Below are positions 63,352 through 64,000 of a stretch of 64,000 nucleotides of DNA, piece after piece. The translations under genes and the position numbers were made by a program. Numbering within the stretch: position 1 is the first letter of the stretch; each line of letters starts with the position of its first letter. Source of the DNA: Isurus oxyrinchus (Eukaryota); contig JANJGN010000012.1 in the NCBI GenBank assembly GCA_026770705.1, positions 108,624,001 to 108,688,000 of the forward strand, written 5' to 3'. Under the pieces are notes generated by a model. That model did no database searches. It was not told the origin of the DNA and saw nothing but the letters and a program-made list of their open reading frames with translations.

Positions 63352-64000
63352 AAAGAGCCAGGTTTGATTTATATAGTGCCTTTCACAGCCTCAGGCCATC
63401 AAAAACTTTACATAGCCAAGTATTTTTGCATTATTATAATGTTGGAAAAGTGAAGCTAATATTAATGAAATATTTGTATAAGAAGTTATTCTGCATTCAT
63501 GTCATGTCGCTAAAATTATCCAAATCCCAGCAACAGGTCCTTCTGCACTGTAAAAAGACCCAAAGGTAATGATTCAGTGCTGACAGCAATGTTTATTTCA
63601 ATCAATGCAAAAATATTAATGCCTTTGTTAGGGTGTTGAATGTTATCTCTTTAAAGATAACCACCTACATGTGTTATAGCGGAGAACAATGGCATTGCTT
63701 TTTGCTGTGTCATTATATAATGCAGACAGCGACACCTGATATTCTATATTCTTGTCTAGACCCTGTAACACGGCTGTGTCCATGTTCCCTTTGACATCGA
63801 GCTGTAAGCAAAATAACAAGACAGATATTTAAAGCAGGTTTGTCAGCTACAGACAGAAAAGACAGATAATCATTTTCAGCATGGGTCCTCCTCAAAACTT
63901 CTATTTACCGATGCTGACAATTCTGCTATATATATCCAATAATCCCTATTTTTACATCACATTTATATCATCTGCAATTTTAAGCTTTTTGACAAGAGAA

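Overview
Vertebrate genomic DNA, most likely a cartilaginous fish: the repeats resemble elasmobranch HE1/HER1- and SacSINE1-type elements (inference). The window lies inside a large minus-strand FACIT collagen gene (COL14A1-like; COL12A1/COL20A1 family). Seven exons with GT-AG ends and consistent phases encode three fibronectin type III domains and a short linker (22623-57667). The rest is intron packed with nested decayed mobile DNA: CR1-clade LINEs, Penelope-like elements and short hammerhead-bearing derivatives, a PIF/Harbinger transposon with many MITEs, a hAT element, SINEs and Gypsy remnants. The most striking feature is a pair of related non-autonomous Gypsy-type LTR elements (1-9807 and 10863-14830). 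In both, most of gag-pol is replaced by intronless host coiled-coil sequence, a UACA/RAI14-like piece and a recognisable TPR (nuclear basket) piece, lying between a gag N-terminus and the pol C-terminal tail. Nearly all short ORFs in the supplied track are TE debris or spurious. All homology calls are by eye against remembered sequences; no search was run.
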